From contig JADGNX010000001.1 of NCBI GenBank assembly GCA_017883265.1, positions 812-64,811 of the forward strand: DNA of 64,000 nt, given 5' to 3'. Origin of the DNA: Thermoanaerobaculia bacterium (GTDB lineage: Bacteria > Acidobacteriota > Thermoanaerobaculia > Gp7-AA8). Within the stretch, counting starts at the first letter, position 1, and each line of letters begins with the position of its first letter. The notes beneath the pieces were generated by a model. It ran no database searches, was not told where the DNA came from, and worked only from the letters and a program-made list of their open reading frames with translations. A program made the position numbers and the translations under genes. Of the stretch, positions 41,910 through 52,487 are shown piece by piece.

Positions 41910-43279
41910 ACAGAGTCCTGATCGTTGATGATGATCGCGCCACGAGCGCTGGTATGGCCGACGTAATCGAGGAATGGGGATACGAGGCGGAAGTGGCGGA
42001 TACCTTGAAGGCCGGCTGGAACTCTGTGTCCAAACTGGTACCCGACATCGCCATCGTCGATCTCAAGCTTCCGGACGGGTCGGGCCTCGATCTTCTCCAT
42101 CGCATCAAGGAGACTTATCCCGACGTATCGGTGGTCATCCTGACCGGTCACGCCACGGTTGACTCCGCGGTCAAGGCACTCAAGGTCGGTGCTGAGGATT
42201 ATGTAACCAAGCCTGTCGATCTTCCGCGCCTGCAGGTCATCCTCAAGACCGTCGAAGACAAGCAGGAGATGAAAAAAGAGATTCTCGAGCTGCGCCGCCA
42301 GCTCCAGAAGATGGGAGCACTCGGGCATCTGGTCGGAAAGTCACCAGCCATGCAGCGTCTCTTCGAAGAGATCGAGATGGTGGCGAATACCGACGCCAAT
42401 GTCTTCATCGTCGGCGAGTCCGGCTCGGGAAAAGAGGTCGTGGCCAACACGATTCACTCGCTCTCACGGCGGCGCAATAAGCCGTTCATCGCCTTCAACT
42501 GTGGCGCGATATCCCCCACCCTCATCGAATCGGAGATCTTCGGCCACGAGAAAGGGGCCTTCACGAACGCCATCAAACGCCGCGAAGGCTACTTCGAGCT
42601 GGCCAAAGGGGGGACGGTATTTCTCGATGAGATTACCGAGATGCCGATCGAGCTGCAGGTCAAGCTCCTTCGAGTGCTGGAAGAGTCGAAGTTCCGCCGG
42701 GTTGGCGGCAATGAAGAGATCAACATCGACGCACGCATCATCGCGGCATCGAACCGCGATCCGGCGAAGGCCATTGCGGACGGGAAGCTGCGGGAAGATC
42801 TCTACTATCGGTTGAACGTCTTTCCCATCGACGTGCCCCCGTTGCGCGAGCGCCTCGAGGACATTCCACTTTTCTCCTATTTCTTCCTCGAGAAGCTGAA
42901 CGAGACCGAGGAAAAGAAGGTGGAGAAGATCGATCCGGAGTTCGTCGAGGCGCTGCAGCAATACGAGTGGCCCGGCAATGTTCGCGAATTGCGCAATGTC
43001 ATCAACCGCTCGTTCATCATGGCCAGGACCAGCAGTCTCACCGTAGAGTGCCTTCCCGATAAGTTCCTCGGCGCGCGCCGGCGACGCAACCGCACCAGCA
43101 TCAACGTGCCCCTCGGATCGCCCATGGAAGAGATCGAGAAGATCGTGATCGAGGAGACGCTGGTGATGACCGACGGGGATCGGCGCAAGACCGCGGACAT
43201 CCTCGGAATCTCCTACAAGACGCTTTACAACAAGACGAAGAAGTACAAGCAGGGCGGAGACGAGGAAGACGACGAGTAA
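41906..43279 (+). CDS. Sigma-54-dependent two-component response regulator (NtrC family: REC + AAA+ + Fis-type HTH)
   Basis: 457 aa with receiver Asp region IVDLKLPDGSG, Walker A GESGSGKE, GAFTNA, the ESKFRRVGG arginine finger region and C-terminal HTH TADILGISYKTLYNK. Confidence 0.85.
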   Translation: MNRVLIVDDDRATSAGMADVIEEWGYEAEVADTLKAGWNSVSKLVPDIAIVDLKLPDGSGLDLLHRIKETYPDVSVVILTGHATVDSAVKALKVGAEDYVTKPVDLPRLQVILKTVEDKQEMKKEILELRRQLQKMGALGHLVGKSPAMQRLFEEIEMVANTDANVFIVGESGSGKEVVANTIHSLSRRRNKPFIAFNCGAISPTLIESEIFGHEKGAFTNAIKRREGYFELAKGGTVFLDEITEMPIELQVKLLRVLEESKFRRVGGNEEINIDARIIAASNRDPAKAIADGKLREDLYYRLNVFPIDVPPLRERLEDIPLFSYFFLEKLNETEEKKVEKIDPEFVEALQQYEWPGNVRELRNVINRSFIMARTSSLTVECLPDKFLGARRRRNRTSINVPLGSPMEEIEKIVIEETLVMTDGDRRKTADILGISYKTLYNKTKKYKQGGDEEDDE

Positions 43280-43651
43280 GGGTCTGCTGGCAACGGCGCC
43301 AACTGCCCGAGAGGCCAGGGCCATAACGTCATTCGGAACGTGACGAAGGGGCGCGCATGAGCGCGCTGATACGGGAACCCGCACCAGGCGGCTACCCGCT
43401 CTCTCCACAGCGATCCTTTCAAGGCGCCACGGTGTGCCTCAAACGGCAGCCGGGAAGCCCATTGATAGAGCCTTTCTGCCGGCGTACCTGCGGGTGGCCG
43501 ATTTGGGGCCGCTGCGGCGGTCTGATATTGTCCCCTGGTCCGCAACGGAGCACCCGGCATCTCGCGCGCGAGCGACGCCCGCGCGAGGAATATTGCGGAG
43601 GAGCGGCTCAGTTTGCGGCGCTGCTGAACATAGACATAGGAGAAGCAGCCC

Positions 43652-46078
43652 TTGGCCAAGAATCTCGTCATCGTCGAGTCGCCTGCAAAGGCAAAGACGA
43701 TCAATAAATTCATCGGGAGCGACTACGTCGTGAAAGCGTCAGTCGGACATGTCCGCGACCTCCCGAAGAGCGAGCTCGGAGTCGACGAGACCACATTCAT
43801 GCCCACCTACGAAATCCTGGAAGGCAAGGAGAAAGTAGTCGCTGACCTCCGGAGCGCGGCCAAGAAGGCCGACGTGATCTATATAGCCTCCGACCCTGAC
43901 CGGGAAGGAGAAGCGATCGGCTGGCACGTCATGAAACTGATCGGCGGTGACACGAGCAAGATCCGTCGCATTCTCTTTCACGAGATCACCAAGAACGCCG
44001 TCAAGAAGGCCATCTCTCAGCCGGGCGAGATCGACATGAACAAGGTCAACGCGCAACAGGCCCGCCGCGTACTGGACCGCCTCGTTGGCTATAAGCTCTC
44101 GCCGCTCTTGTGGGACAAGGTACGTCGAGGTCTCTCCGCCGGCCGCGTCCAGTCGGTGGCCATGAAGATGATCGTCGACCGCGAGGATGCCATCAATGCA
44201 TTCGTGCCCGAGGAGTACTGGACCTTCGGGGCCCGTCTCTCCGGCAGCAATCCGCCGCCCTTCATCGCCAAGCTGAGCAAGGTCGACGGAAAGAAGGCCG
44301 AAGTCGGCAACGAAGAACTGGCCCGGACCATCGAAACGCAGCTCCGCTCCGGAAAGTACGCCGTCGAGAAGATCGCCAGGAAGGAAAAGAAACAAACCCC
44401 TGGCGCTCCATTCATTACCTCCAAGCTTCAGCAGGAGGCGTACCGACGTTTCAAGTACCCGGTCAAGCGCACCATGCAGATCGCCCAGAAGCTCTATGAA
44501 GGAAAAGAGCTCGGAGAGTTCGGTCACGTCGGGTTGATCACGTACATGCGAACCGATTCGACGCGGGTGTCGGACGAGGCTCTGGCGGAGGTGCGCGATT
44601 ACATCGCCAATCGCTATGGCGCCGAGATCCTTCCTGAAAAGCCGAATGTCTATAAGGCCAAGAAATCGGCGCAGGAAGGGCACGAAGCGATCCGTCCGAC
44701 CACGACCGAGTTCGACGCCGACAAGATTCAGAGCTATCTGACCAAGGACGAATACAACGTTTACAAGCTCATCTTCGAGCGCTTCGTGGCCTCGCAGATG
44801 AAGCCGGCGCTTTTCGACGTCACCGACGTCGACATCCAGTCGGGCAATCTGACCCTGCGCGCTTCCGGTGAGGTACTTCGCTTCCCCGGCTTCCTGGCCA
44901 TCTTTCAGGAGGCCCGCGAGCAGGACGACGAAGAAAGCGGCGAGGAGAAGGAGAGCTCCAAGACCCTGCCTCTTCTCAGCGAAGGGGAAATCCTCGAGCT
45001 CCTCGGCCTCGATACGAAGCAGAACTTCACCCAGCCCCCTCCACGCTACACAGAAGCCACCCTGGTCAAGGCCCTGGAAGAAAACGGAATCGGACGCCCG
45101 TCGACTTACGGCACGATTCTGACCACCATTCAGACCCGTGATTACACCTACAAGGAAGAGGGCAAGTTTTATCCGAGTCAGCTCGGCATGCTGGTCACGC
45201 GGCTCCTTCGAGAGTCCTTCGGCGACATCATCGACGAGAAGTACACGGCCAGGCTGGAGGAAGAGCTCGACGAGATCGAGGAGGGAAAGCTCGACTGGGT
45301 CACATCGATCCGCAATTTCTCGCTTCATTTCAACAAGGATCTGGAGCGGGCTAAGGAGGAGATGAAGCAGGTCAAAGGCGAAGGGATCAAGACCGACGAG
45401 ATCTGCGATAAGTGCGGGTCGCCGATGGCCATCAAGTTCGGGCGGTTCGGCGAGTTCCTGGCCTGTACGAACTATCCGGAGTGCAAGAACACGAAGGAGT
45501 TGGCTAAGGGCGAGGAAAAAAGCACCCCTGCCGGCGACGAAGAGCAGGTGATCTGCGACAAGTGCGGCAAGCAGATGACGCTCAAGCGATCCCGCTTCGG
45601 ACAGTTCTATGCCTGCAGCGGCTACCCCGATTGCAAGAACACCAAAGACCCCCGTCTCCTCAAGGTCGACGTCTCAGGCGAGCCACAGCCTCCCTGTGAG
45701 AACTGCGGGAAGGAAATGGTTCTCAAGAGCGGCCGGTACGGTCCCTTCTATAGTTGCTCCGGCTATCCGGAATGCAAGACGATTCGCAAGATCGGGAAGA
45801 GTGGAGCCCCGGCTAAACCGACCGGCGTCAAGTGCCCCACCTGCAGCGAGGGCGATCTGGTCGAGCGCCGCTCCCGGCGAGGCGTCTTTTACTCCTGTTC
45901 GCGCTATCCCAAGTGCGAGTTTTCTCTCTCCAACCGCCCGATCCCGAAGGCCTGTCCGAAATGCGCCGCGCCCTATCTCATGGAGAAGGAGACGAAGCGC
46001 GAAGGAAAAGTGGAGCTCTGCAACAATCCTGAGTGCGACTACAAAGAAAGGGCGGCTGTCGAAGCCACCGCGGTCTGA
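43652..46078 (+). CDS. topA: DNA topoisomerase I with four C-terminal C4 zinc ribbons
   Basis: TTG start preceded by GGAGAAG. Toprim LVIVESPAKAKTI, active-site region GLITYMRTDS and four CxxC...CxxC repeats at the C-terminus. Confidence 0.9.
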   Translation: MAKNLVIVESPAKAKTINKFIGSDYVVKASVGHVRDLPKSELGVDETTFMPTYEILEGKEKVVADLRSAAKKADVIYIASDPDREGEAIGWHVMKLIGGDTSKIRRILFHEITKNAVKKAISQPGEIDMNKVNAQQARRVLDRLVGYKLSPLLWDKVRRGLSAGRVQSVAMKMIVDREDAINAFVPEEYWTFGARLSGSNPPPFIAKLSKVDGKKAEVGNEELARTIETQLRSGKYAVEKIARKEKKQTPGAPFITSKLQQEAYRRFKYPVKRTMQIAQKLYEGKELGEFGHVGLITYMRTDSTRVSDEALAEVRDYIANRYGAEILPEKPNVYKAKKSAQEGHEAIRPTTTEFDADKIQSYLTKDEYNVYKLIFERFVASQMKPALFDVTDVDIQSGNLTLRASGEVLRFPGFLAIFQEAREQDDEESGEEKESSKTLPLLSEGEILELLGLDTKQNFTQPPPRYTEATLVKALEENGIGRPSTYGTILTTIQTRDYTYKEEGKFYPSQLGMLVTRLLRESFGDIIDEKYTARLEEELDEIEEGKLDWVTSIRNFSLHFNKDLERAKEEMKQVKGEGIKTDEICDKCGSPMAIKFGRFGEFLACTNYPECKNTKELAKGEEKSTPAGDEEQVICDKCGKQMTLKRSRFGQFYACSGYPDCKNTKDPRLLKVDVSGEPQPPCENCGKEMVLKSGRYGPFYSCSGYPECKTIRKIGKSGAPAKPTGVKCPTCSEGDLVERRSRRGVFYSCSRYPKCEFSLSNRPIPKACPKCAAPYLMEKETKREGKVELCNNPECDYKERAAVEATAV

Positions 46079-46082
46079 CCCC

Positions 46083-47192
46083 TCACGGCCGCGCCAGGAA
46101 TTCTGTCACCGGCGGGGTGATGAGCTCGTAGTCGATCAGGAAGGTGTCGTGTCCATTGGGAGAAGAGAGGCGTCGGTGCGTGACGTCGATGCCATTGGTT
46201 TTCATGGCATCCTCGACCTTCTCGACATCACTGACCGGAAAGAGCCAGTCGGTATCGAATGAGATGAGCAGAGCGGGCGAACGAAATTCTGCGAACGCCG
46301 CCTCCAGTGAGCCGTATTGCTCGGCCAGGTCCATCTCATCCATCGCTGCCTGCACGCGGACGTAGGAATTCGCATCATAGGTGCCGGCGAATTTTCTCCC
46401 CTGGTACTCGAAGTACGAATCGATCTCGAACTGACGGGTGGTGCCGCGTCGTCGTCGTCCGAACTTCATCTGCAGCGCCCGCGTCGAGAGATAGGTCATG
46501 TGGCCGACCATTCGGGCCACTTCGAGACCTCGCAGCTGGTGAGGCTCGTCGTAGTAGTCGCCTCCCTTGAAAGCGGCATCGGCCTCGATGATCTTGCGCC
46601 CTATGATGTGCCAGGCGATCCCCTGCACGGGCACGGCTGCGCCCGCGGCCATGGCAATGAGAGATCCGACCATCCCGGGATAGCAGACGGCCCACATCAA
46701 TACCTGCATGCCGCCGAGTGAGCCACCGGCAACAGCAAGCAGGCGCTCGATCCCCAGATGATCGACCACCCGTTTCTCTGCGTGAATCATGTCCTCGATG
46801 GTGACGACCGGGTACTGCGACCCGTATCGCCGGCCCGTCCCTGGATTGACGCTGCTCGGCGAGGTGGTGCCAAAACAGGAGCCGGGGATGTTCACACAGA
46901 GGACGAAGTACTTCGCGAGATCGATGCCTTTCCCGTAGCCAACCAGGCCGTCCCACCACCCTGCCTTCTCGTCGCCCGCATCGTACTTGCCGGCCACATG
47001 CGCGCTCGCTGATAGGGCGTGGCAAACGAGGATGGCGTTCGATCGCTCCTCGTTCAATTCGCCGAAGGTCTCATAGGCGATCGTGAACGGAGCGATGGTC
47101 TGCCCATGCTGAAAACGAAACCCATCAGGCAGCAGCAACTGCTGCAGAGGAGGTGTGATGAACGTGTTGCCTGGGAGCTGAGGGGGGACCAT
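46083..47192 (-). CDS. metX: Homoserine O-acetyltransferase
   Basis: 369 aa, alpha/beta hydrolase with GGSLGGMQ nucleophile motif and typical MetX N-terminus (FTIAYETFGELN). Confidence 0.8.
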   Translation of the reverse strand: MVPPQLPGNTFITPPLQQLLLPDGFRFQHGQTIAPFTIAYETFGELNEERSNAILVCHALSASAHVAGKYDAGDEKAGWWDGLVGYGKGIDLAKYFVLCVNIPGSCFGTTSPSSVNPGTGRRYGSQYPVVTIEDMIHAEKRVVDHLGIERLLAVAGGSLGGMQVLMWAVCYPGMVGSLIAMAAGAAVPVQGIAWHIIGRKIIEADAAFKGGDYYDEPHQLRGLEVARMVGHMTYLSTRALQMKFGRRRRGTTRQFEIDSYFEYQGRKFAGTYDANSYVRVQAAMDEMDLAEQYGSLEAAFAEFRSPALLISFDTDWLFPVSDVEKVEDAMKTNGIDVTHRRLSSPNGHDTFLIDYELITPPVTEFLARP

Positions 47193-47252
47193 GCCTGGCC
47201 ACGGAGCATAGCAAATCGCGTCGCGTCGCGGCCCGTGTAGCCAGGAGCGGCA

Positions 47253-48971
47253 TCAGGAGTCGGCCTGCGGAACGATGTCGATCTCGTTCGGATCGACGTC
47301 TCCGCCCGGGGCGGTATCCGACGGTGAACCGACAGCTCTCACTCCCTCGCGCTTCAGCTGACCTTCGTAGATTCGCCGGACCTCGTCGATTGTCGAGATC
47401 TGTTCGACAGTCTTGTCGTCGCGAATCCGTGCGATCCGCGGAAATCGAAGTGCGTAACCTGATTTGTGACGTCCAGACACTTGAATTCGATCGAATGCGA
47501 TCTCCACCACCACTTCGGGACGCACCAGGTGCACGGGGCCATGCCTGCCGGTCGAGATGGCCAGGAATCGCTCAGTGAGCGACGCGATCTCGACGTCGGT
47601 CAGCCCTGAGTACGCTTTGCCGATGTTGACCAGGTCGTCCTCCCTCCTGACTGCGAAGGTGTAGTCGGATAGAACATTTCGCCGCTTTCCGTGACCGAAT
47701 TCAGCCGCAGTCACGACACAATCCAGGGTAGCCATTGCTTTCTTGTACTTGAGCCACGATTTGCCGCGCCTGCCCGGCGTGTAAACCGAGCCGATGTCCT
47801 TGATCACCAGCCCTTCGTTTGCCCGATCCCTCGCCGCGTCGAAGAGCTCATCGATGTGACTCGCGCTGATTGCGGGCGACTGGGTCGATATCCGAATGGC
47901 CGAGTCATCGGCGCCAGCGATGAGTTCCCGCAAGAGGAGCAGCCGCTCGTGCAGCGGTTTCTCCAGAACAGGCCCGCCGTCGAGGTAAAGGATATCGAAG
48001 GCGAAGAAGGAGACCGGGGCATCCATGAGGAGCTTCGGCGTAACCTTTCGACGCCCCAGCCGGGTCTGGATCGTTGCGAAAGGGAGAATGCGTCCGTCAA
48101 ACGCTACGATCTCACCGTCGAGAATGAAACTCCGGCCCTTAGCCACACCTCGGGCGGCGCTCTCGATCTCCGGAAAACGATGTGTGATCTCATCGAGGGT
48201 TCGGGAGAAAATCCGCACCTCCTGCTCACGCCCGTGGATCTGAGCGCGGATGCCGTCGTACTTGTCGTCTGCGACGGCGTCCGGCCCCAGGGTATCGATG
48301 ATCCTCTCCGGGTCTTCTTCCGGTTGTGCCAGCATGAGTCCGACGGCGTGAAAGAGTGTCATGACGGCCGAATCGAGGGCGTTGGCGCGGGCCAGAAGAG
48401 CGGTGGCGCCGATGTCAGCCGTCAACATGTTGGCGCGTCGCACGTCCGTCAGTGGCCGGCCGAACGCTCGGGCCACAGCCGATTCGACCAGCCCTTCCTG
48501 CAGACCGATGCGAAATTCGTTCTGAAGGATCTTGATGACGAACCTGGCCTCCTGCCCATTGAGACCGCCGAGGAGCTCGGCCAGAATGGCGCGTTTGGCC
48601 GAGGTCCCGGGTGTTGCCGCGAGTCGATCGAAATAGTCGCCGAGCTGGGAGAGCGTCATCGAACGCCTTTCTTCCGCCGGGAACAGCTCGGCCACGCCAT
48701 CTCCGAGATCGCCGTGGCGACCTGCAGCGCCGAAAATCGAGTCGTGATCGATCGACCAGGCGTCCGATACGGCGTCGACAATCGTTGACCACCCGATGCC
48801 GGTCACCCGCTCGTCGCGTCGCGGAAAGGGTCCGCCTGAGAGAAAGACCACTGCGCGCTCCAGCTCAGCGTCATCGAGACGGATGAGATATGCAGCCAGG
48901 AGCGTCTCCTTCACGCTCTTCTTCTTCGTGCCGGAAATGGCCTGAGCAACTGCGGCAAAGTCGGCCAGCAT
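47253..48971 (-). CDS. ATP-dependent DNA ligase
   Basis: Adenylation motif I KYDGIRAQI, with further ligase and OB-fold blocks. The start is set at MLADFAAVAQAISGTKKK. The track ORF runs to 49307, overlapping the mdh start. Confidence 0.75.
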   Translation of the reverse strand: MLADFAAVAQAISGTKKKSVKETLLAAYLIRLDDAELERAVVFLSGGPFPRRDERVTGIGWSTIVDAVSDAWSIDHDSIFGAAGRHGDLGDGVAELFPAEERRSMTLSQLGDYFDRLAATPGTSAKRAILAELLGGLNGQEARFVIKILQNEFRIGLQEGLVESAVARAFGRPLTDVRRANMLTADIGATALLARANALDSAVMTLFHAVGLMLAQPEEDPERIIDTLGPDAVADDKYDGIRAQIHGREQEVRIFSRTLDEITHRFPEIESAARGVAKGRSFILDGEIVAFDGRILPFATIQTRLGRRKVTPKLLMDAPVSFFAFDILYLDGGPVLEKPLHERLLLLRELIAGADDSAIRISTQSPAISASHIDELFDAARDRANEGLVIKDIGSVYTPGRRGKSWLKYKKAMATLDCVVTAAEFGHGKRRNVLSDYTFAVRREDDLVNIGKAYSGLTDVEIASLTERFLAISTGRHGPVHLVRPEVVVEIAFDRIQVSGRHKSGYALRFPRIARIRDDKTVEQISTIDEVRRIYEGQLKREGVRAVGSPSDTAPGGDVDPNEIDIVPQADS

Positions 48972-49119
48972 CGTCACGGGGACTGTGCGAAAGCTGTTCC
49001 GAGTTGCCCAGGCAGAGTGATCCGTTGTGGTGCGTCGAGGGGTACCTCCCGCCCTTCCCGGTCCCCGGCGGCTCGAACTCGCTGATAGAATCCGGCGACC
49101 ATATTTCGAGGAGTCCGGG

Positions 49120-50049
49120 ATGAAAACAAAAGTAACCGTCGTGGGTGGAGGCAATGTCGGAGCCACTGTAGCGCAGGGAATCGCTCTGAAAGAGCTGGCC
49201 GATGTCGTCCTGGTCGACATTGTCGAGGGCGTTCCACAGGGGAAATCACTCGACCTCATGGAGACTGCCCCGGTCGAGAAATACGACTCGATTCTGACCG
49301 GCGTCAACGGCTACGACGGAACCGAGGGATCGGATGTGGTGGTGATCACGGCCGGCCTGCCGCGCAAACCGGGAATGAGCCGCGATGACCTTCTCTGGAA
49401 AAACGAAGAGATCGTGGCGGGAGTGACAGGCGAGGTAGTCAAGCGATCGCCCCACTGCATTCTCGTGATCGTCTCCAATCCGCTCGATGCGATGTGCGAG
49501 GTGGCCAGGCGAGTTTCCGGCTTTCCCCGCGAACGGGTGATCGGCATGGCCGGAGTTCTCGATTCGGCGCGCATGAGGGCCTTCATCGCCATGGAGTTGA
49601 AGGTCTCCGTGGAGAACACACACGCATTCGTTCTCGGCGGCCACGGTGACACCATGGTTCCACTTCCCCGCTACTCGACCGTAGCCGGGATCCCGATCAC
49701 GGAGCTGCTCTCCAAGGAGCGCATCGATGCCATTGTCGAACGGACGCGCAACGGCGGGGCGGAGATCGTCAATCTGCTCAAGACCTCGGCGTGGTACGCG
49801 CCGGGCGCCTCGACCGTGGAGATGGTGGAAGCAATCCTGAAAGACAAGAGAAAGATTCTTCCCTGCGCCGCCTATCTGAACGGCGAGTACGGCCTCCACA
49901 ACCTCTACATCGGAGTACCGGTCAAACTGGGCCGCAACGGGATCGAACAGATCATCCAGATCGAGCTGAAGGGCGACGAGAAGACCGCGCTTCAAAAATC
50001 GGCCGACGCAGTGAAAGAGTTGTTCGACAAGCTGAAGACCGCCGCCTGA
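49120..50049 (+). CDS. mdh: Malate dehydrogenase (LDH-like family)
   Basis: ATG 49120 gives [16 protein letters not shown], the NAD Rossmann motif. Substrate loop [13 protein letters not shown] and catalytic His region [10 protein letters not shown] are present. Confidence 0.9.
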   Translation: MKTKVTVVGGGNVGATVAQGIALKELADVVLVDIVEGVPQGKSLDLMETAPVEKYDSILTGVNGYDGTEGSDVVVITAGLPRKPGMSRDDLLWKNEEIVAGVTGEVVKRSPHCILVIVSNPLDAMCEVARRVSGFPRERVIGMAGVLDSARMRAFIAMELKVSVENTHAFVLGGHGDTMVPLPRYSTVAGIPITELLSKERIDAIVERTRNGGAEIVNLLKTSAWYAPGASTVEMVEAILKDKRKILPCAAYLNGEYGLHNLYIGVPVKLGRNGIEQIIQIELKGDEKTALQKSADAVKELFDKLKTAA

Positions 50050-50054
50050 GCAGT

Positions 50055-50942
50055 ATGAAGAAACTCGTCATCGATATCGAGACCGTTGGCACTCCCTGGG
50101 AAGAGCACGATTCTTACGTTCGCGAATACCTGATCAAAGGGATGAACGACGCCGAAGCCGAGGAAGAGAAACGTCGCGGCGCTTTGTCGCCGTTCACCGG
50201 CAAGATCGTTGCGATCGGCGTGGTCAACGCTGAGAACGGGCGCTCCTGTGCCCTCTATGAGATTCCGGGGCAGACCGAGCTCGTAACGCGCAAGGAAGGC
50301 AATCGGACCCTGATCTCGGGCAGTGAGAAACAGATCCTGGAGAAATTCTGGGACTTTCTCGGTCGTGACGACCGCTTCATTTCATTCAATGGACGCCAGT
50401 TCGACGGCCCGTTTCTGATGATTCGATCGGCGATTCATGGCGTCGTACCGAAGCGCGACCTGGTGGGCTACCGGTACGCCTTTCATCCGAACTGCGATCT
50501 GCGCGAGGCTCTTAATTTCTCGGGAACTCTCTACGGACGGCAGGTGCGATTCAATCTCGATCTGGCCTGCAAGAGCTTTGGCATCGTCAGCTCAAAAACC
50601 GAGGGCAAGGACGGGCGGGCGGTGGAGTCGATGTATCGCGCCGGACGCTACGAGGAGATCGCCACTTATTGTCTCGAGGACGTGCGCGCTACTTGCGAGT
50701 TGTATCTCAAGCTGGCCCCCACGCTTCTCTCGTTCAATAAGGAGCTGAGGGAGGCGGAAGAGCGCGCGGCGTTCGCCTCGTCGCGCCGCCCGACTCCGGC
50801 CGAACGTCAGGCTGAGCAGACCGCGCCTGACGACGGTCTCTCCGACATAGTTCCTTCCGGTGAGGCCGAGCCGGGACCCGAAACCCTCGGCGATGGCGTC
50901 ACACTCGACGTTCTAGAAGATGAGATTCCGTCGAGCAGCTGA
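50055..50942 (+). CDS. RNase H-like 3'-5' exonuclease-fold protein (PolB-exonuclease-like / YprB-type) with an acidic low-complexity tail
   Basis: ATG 50055. Putative Exo I VIDIETVG, Exo II FISFNGRQFD and Exo III YCLEDV. The C-terminal 50 aa are Asp/Glu/Pro-rich. Confidence 0.5.
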   Translation: MKKLVIDIETVGTPWEEHDSYVREYLIKGMNDAEAEEEKRRGALSPFTGKIVAIGVVNAENGRSCALYEIPGQTELVTRKEGNRTLISGSEKQILEKFWDFLGRDDRFISFNGRQFDGPFLMIRSAIHGVVPKRDLVGYRYAFHPNCDLREALNFSGTLYGRQVRFNLDLACKSFGIVSSKTEGKDGRAVESMYRAGRYEEIATYCLEDVRATCELYLKLAPTLLSFNKELREAEERAAFASSRRPTPAERQAEQTAPDDGLSDIVPSGEAEPGPETLGDGVTLDVLEDEIPSSS

Positions 50943-51037
50943 GTGTTCCTTCGATTATCGGGATTGTGCCACCGCGAGTCCGCTCTCTGCTTGCTTGGCG
51001 ACGAAGGCCTGTGGGAAATGCGAGCTAGAATGCGCGC

Positions 51038-52378
51038 GTGAGGATCTTTCGCGGACGTCTCTTCACACCGCATTCCAGTCCGTTCGGAACGGACGATGTC
51101 GCCGCCAGCTTTACCTATCACGAGGATGGGTTTCTGGCTGTGGACGACGACGGCCGTATCGCATCAGCAGGCTCATGGGAGAGGCGATCCGCGCAATCGC
51201 CTGAGGCAGAGGTCACGACTTTCGGGGCGCACGCATTGATGACCCCCGGCTTTGTCGACACGCATCTCCATGCCCCGCAGCTGGAAATGATCGGCTCGTA
51301 TGGCGGGCACCTCCTGGAGTGGTTGAACCGCTACACCTTCCCTACCGAAGCAAAGTTTGCCGATGCCGGGCACGCCGGTATGATCGCCCAGTCCCTTTTC
51401 GACGAACTGCTGCACAACGGGACGCTGACGGCGCTCATCTTCTCGACCATTCACTACGAGGCCACCGACATCTTCTTCCGTGAGGCCGAACGGCGCGGCT
51501 TTCGGGCCATCATCGGAAAGACGATGATGGACCGCAATGCGCCCGCCGCCCTGCTGGAGGGCGCTGTCGAATCGTACGAGGCAAGCCGCGCGCTGCTGGA
51601 GAAGTGGAACGGCCGGGGTCTGCTGCGCTACGCCATCACGCCGCGCTTTGCGCCGACCTCGACCCCGGAGCAGTTGCGACTGGCAGGGAAGCTCAAGCAG
51701 GAGTTTCCCGATGCCTACGTCCATACGCATATCTCCGAGAACCGGTCCGAGGTCGGCTGGGTCTCAGAGCTCTTCCCGGAAAGCAGCAGTTACGCCGGGG
51801 TCTACGATCACTTCGGACTGCTGAGCGACCGCACTGTGCTGGCACACGGCGTTCACTTGAGCGATGCCGAGCTCGACCTGCTCAGCGCTCGAGGCAGCCG
51901 GATCTCCCACTGCCCGAACTCCAATCTCTTTCTGGGAAGCGGTCTCTTTCCCCTGGGGCGTACCGTAGAGCATCATGTCCAGGTCGGTCTCGGAAGCGAC
52001 ATCGGCGCCGGTACCACTCCCTCGATGTTCAACGCCATGGCCGACGCCTACAAGGTCCAGCAGGTTCAGGGGGTGTCGCTTACTCCCTTCCACCTCTGGT
52101 ACCTGGCGACTCTGGGGGGAGCACGCACACTCTCTCTCGATCCGGCTATCGGAAGCCTCGAGAAGGGGAAGGATGCCGATTTTCTCGTCCTCGACCTTCA
52201 TGCGACGCCATTGATCAGCCTGCGAAGCGACCGCGCGTCATCGGTCGAGGATCTGCTCGCCGGCTTGATCTTCATGGGAGATGACCGGGTCGTGGAACGC
52301 GCCTTCATCGGCGGCAGGGAGGTGTCGAGTCGCCGAGCCTCCGAGGCGCCGGCGGCTCGGATGGAAGCAATGTCTTAG
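51038..52378 (+). CDS. guaD: Guanine deaminase (amidohydrolase superfamily)
   Basis: 446 aa with PGFVDTHLHAPQ metal-binding motif, YVHTHISEN and HGVHLSD blocks typical of guanine deaminases. Confidence 0.7.
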   Translation: MRIFRGRLFTPHSSPFGTDDVAASFTYHEDGFLAVDDDGRIASAGSWERRSAQSPEAEVTTFGAHALMTPGFVDTHLHAPQLEMIGSYGGHLLEWLNRYTFPTEAKFADAGHAGMIAQSLFDELLHNGTLTALIFSTIHYEATDIFFREAERRGFRAIIGKTMMDRNAPAALLEGAVESYEASRALLEKWNGRGLLRYAITPRFAPTSTPEQLRLAGKLKQEFPDAYVHTHISENRSEVGWVSELFPESSSYAGVYDHFGLLSDRTVLAHGVHLSDAELDLLSARGSRISHCPNSNLFLGSGLFPLGRTVEHHVQVGLGSDIGAGTTPSMFNAMADAYKVQQVQGVSLTPFHLWYLATLGGARTLSLDPAIGSLEKGKDADFLVLDLHATPLISLRSDRASSVEDLLAGLIFMGDDRVVERAFIGGREVSSRRASEAPAARMEAMS

Positions 52379-52487
52379 GCTGGAGGCCTCGCTGTGACCC
52401 CAAACCACCTATTTTTGGAGTATTCGGTGCGCTAGAGAGCGTTCTGGCGTGCCGTTTGCCGTATCGATGGCGATCCAGGAGGTAGCA

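Noticed and set aside
43280-43651. 370-nt spacer upstream of topA as an ncRNA
   Set aside because: It contains GC palindromes (for example CTCGCGCG...CGCGCGAG), but I recognise no family. A long promoter or leader region for topA is equally plausible. Mentioned only as a place to look with covariance models.
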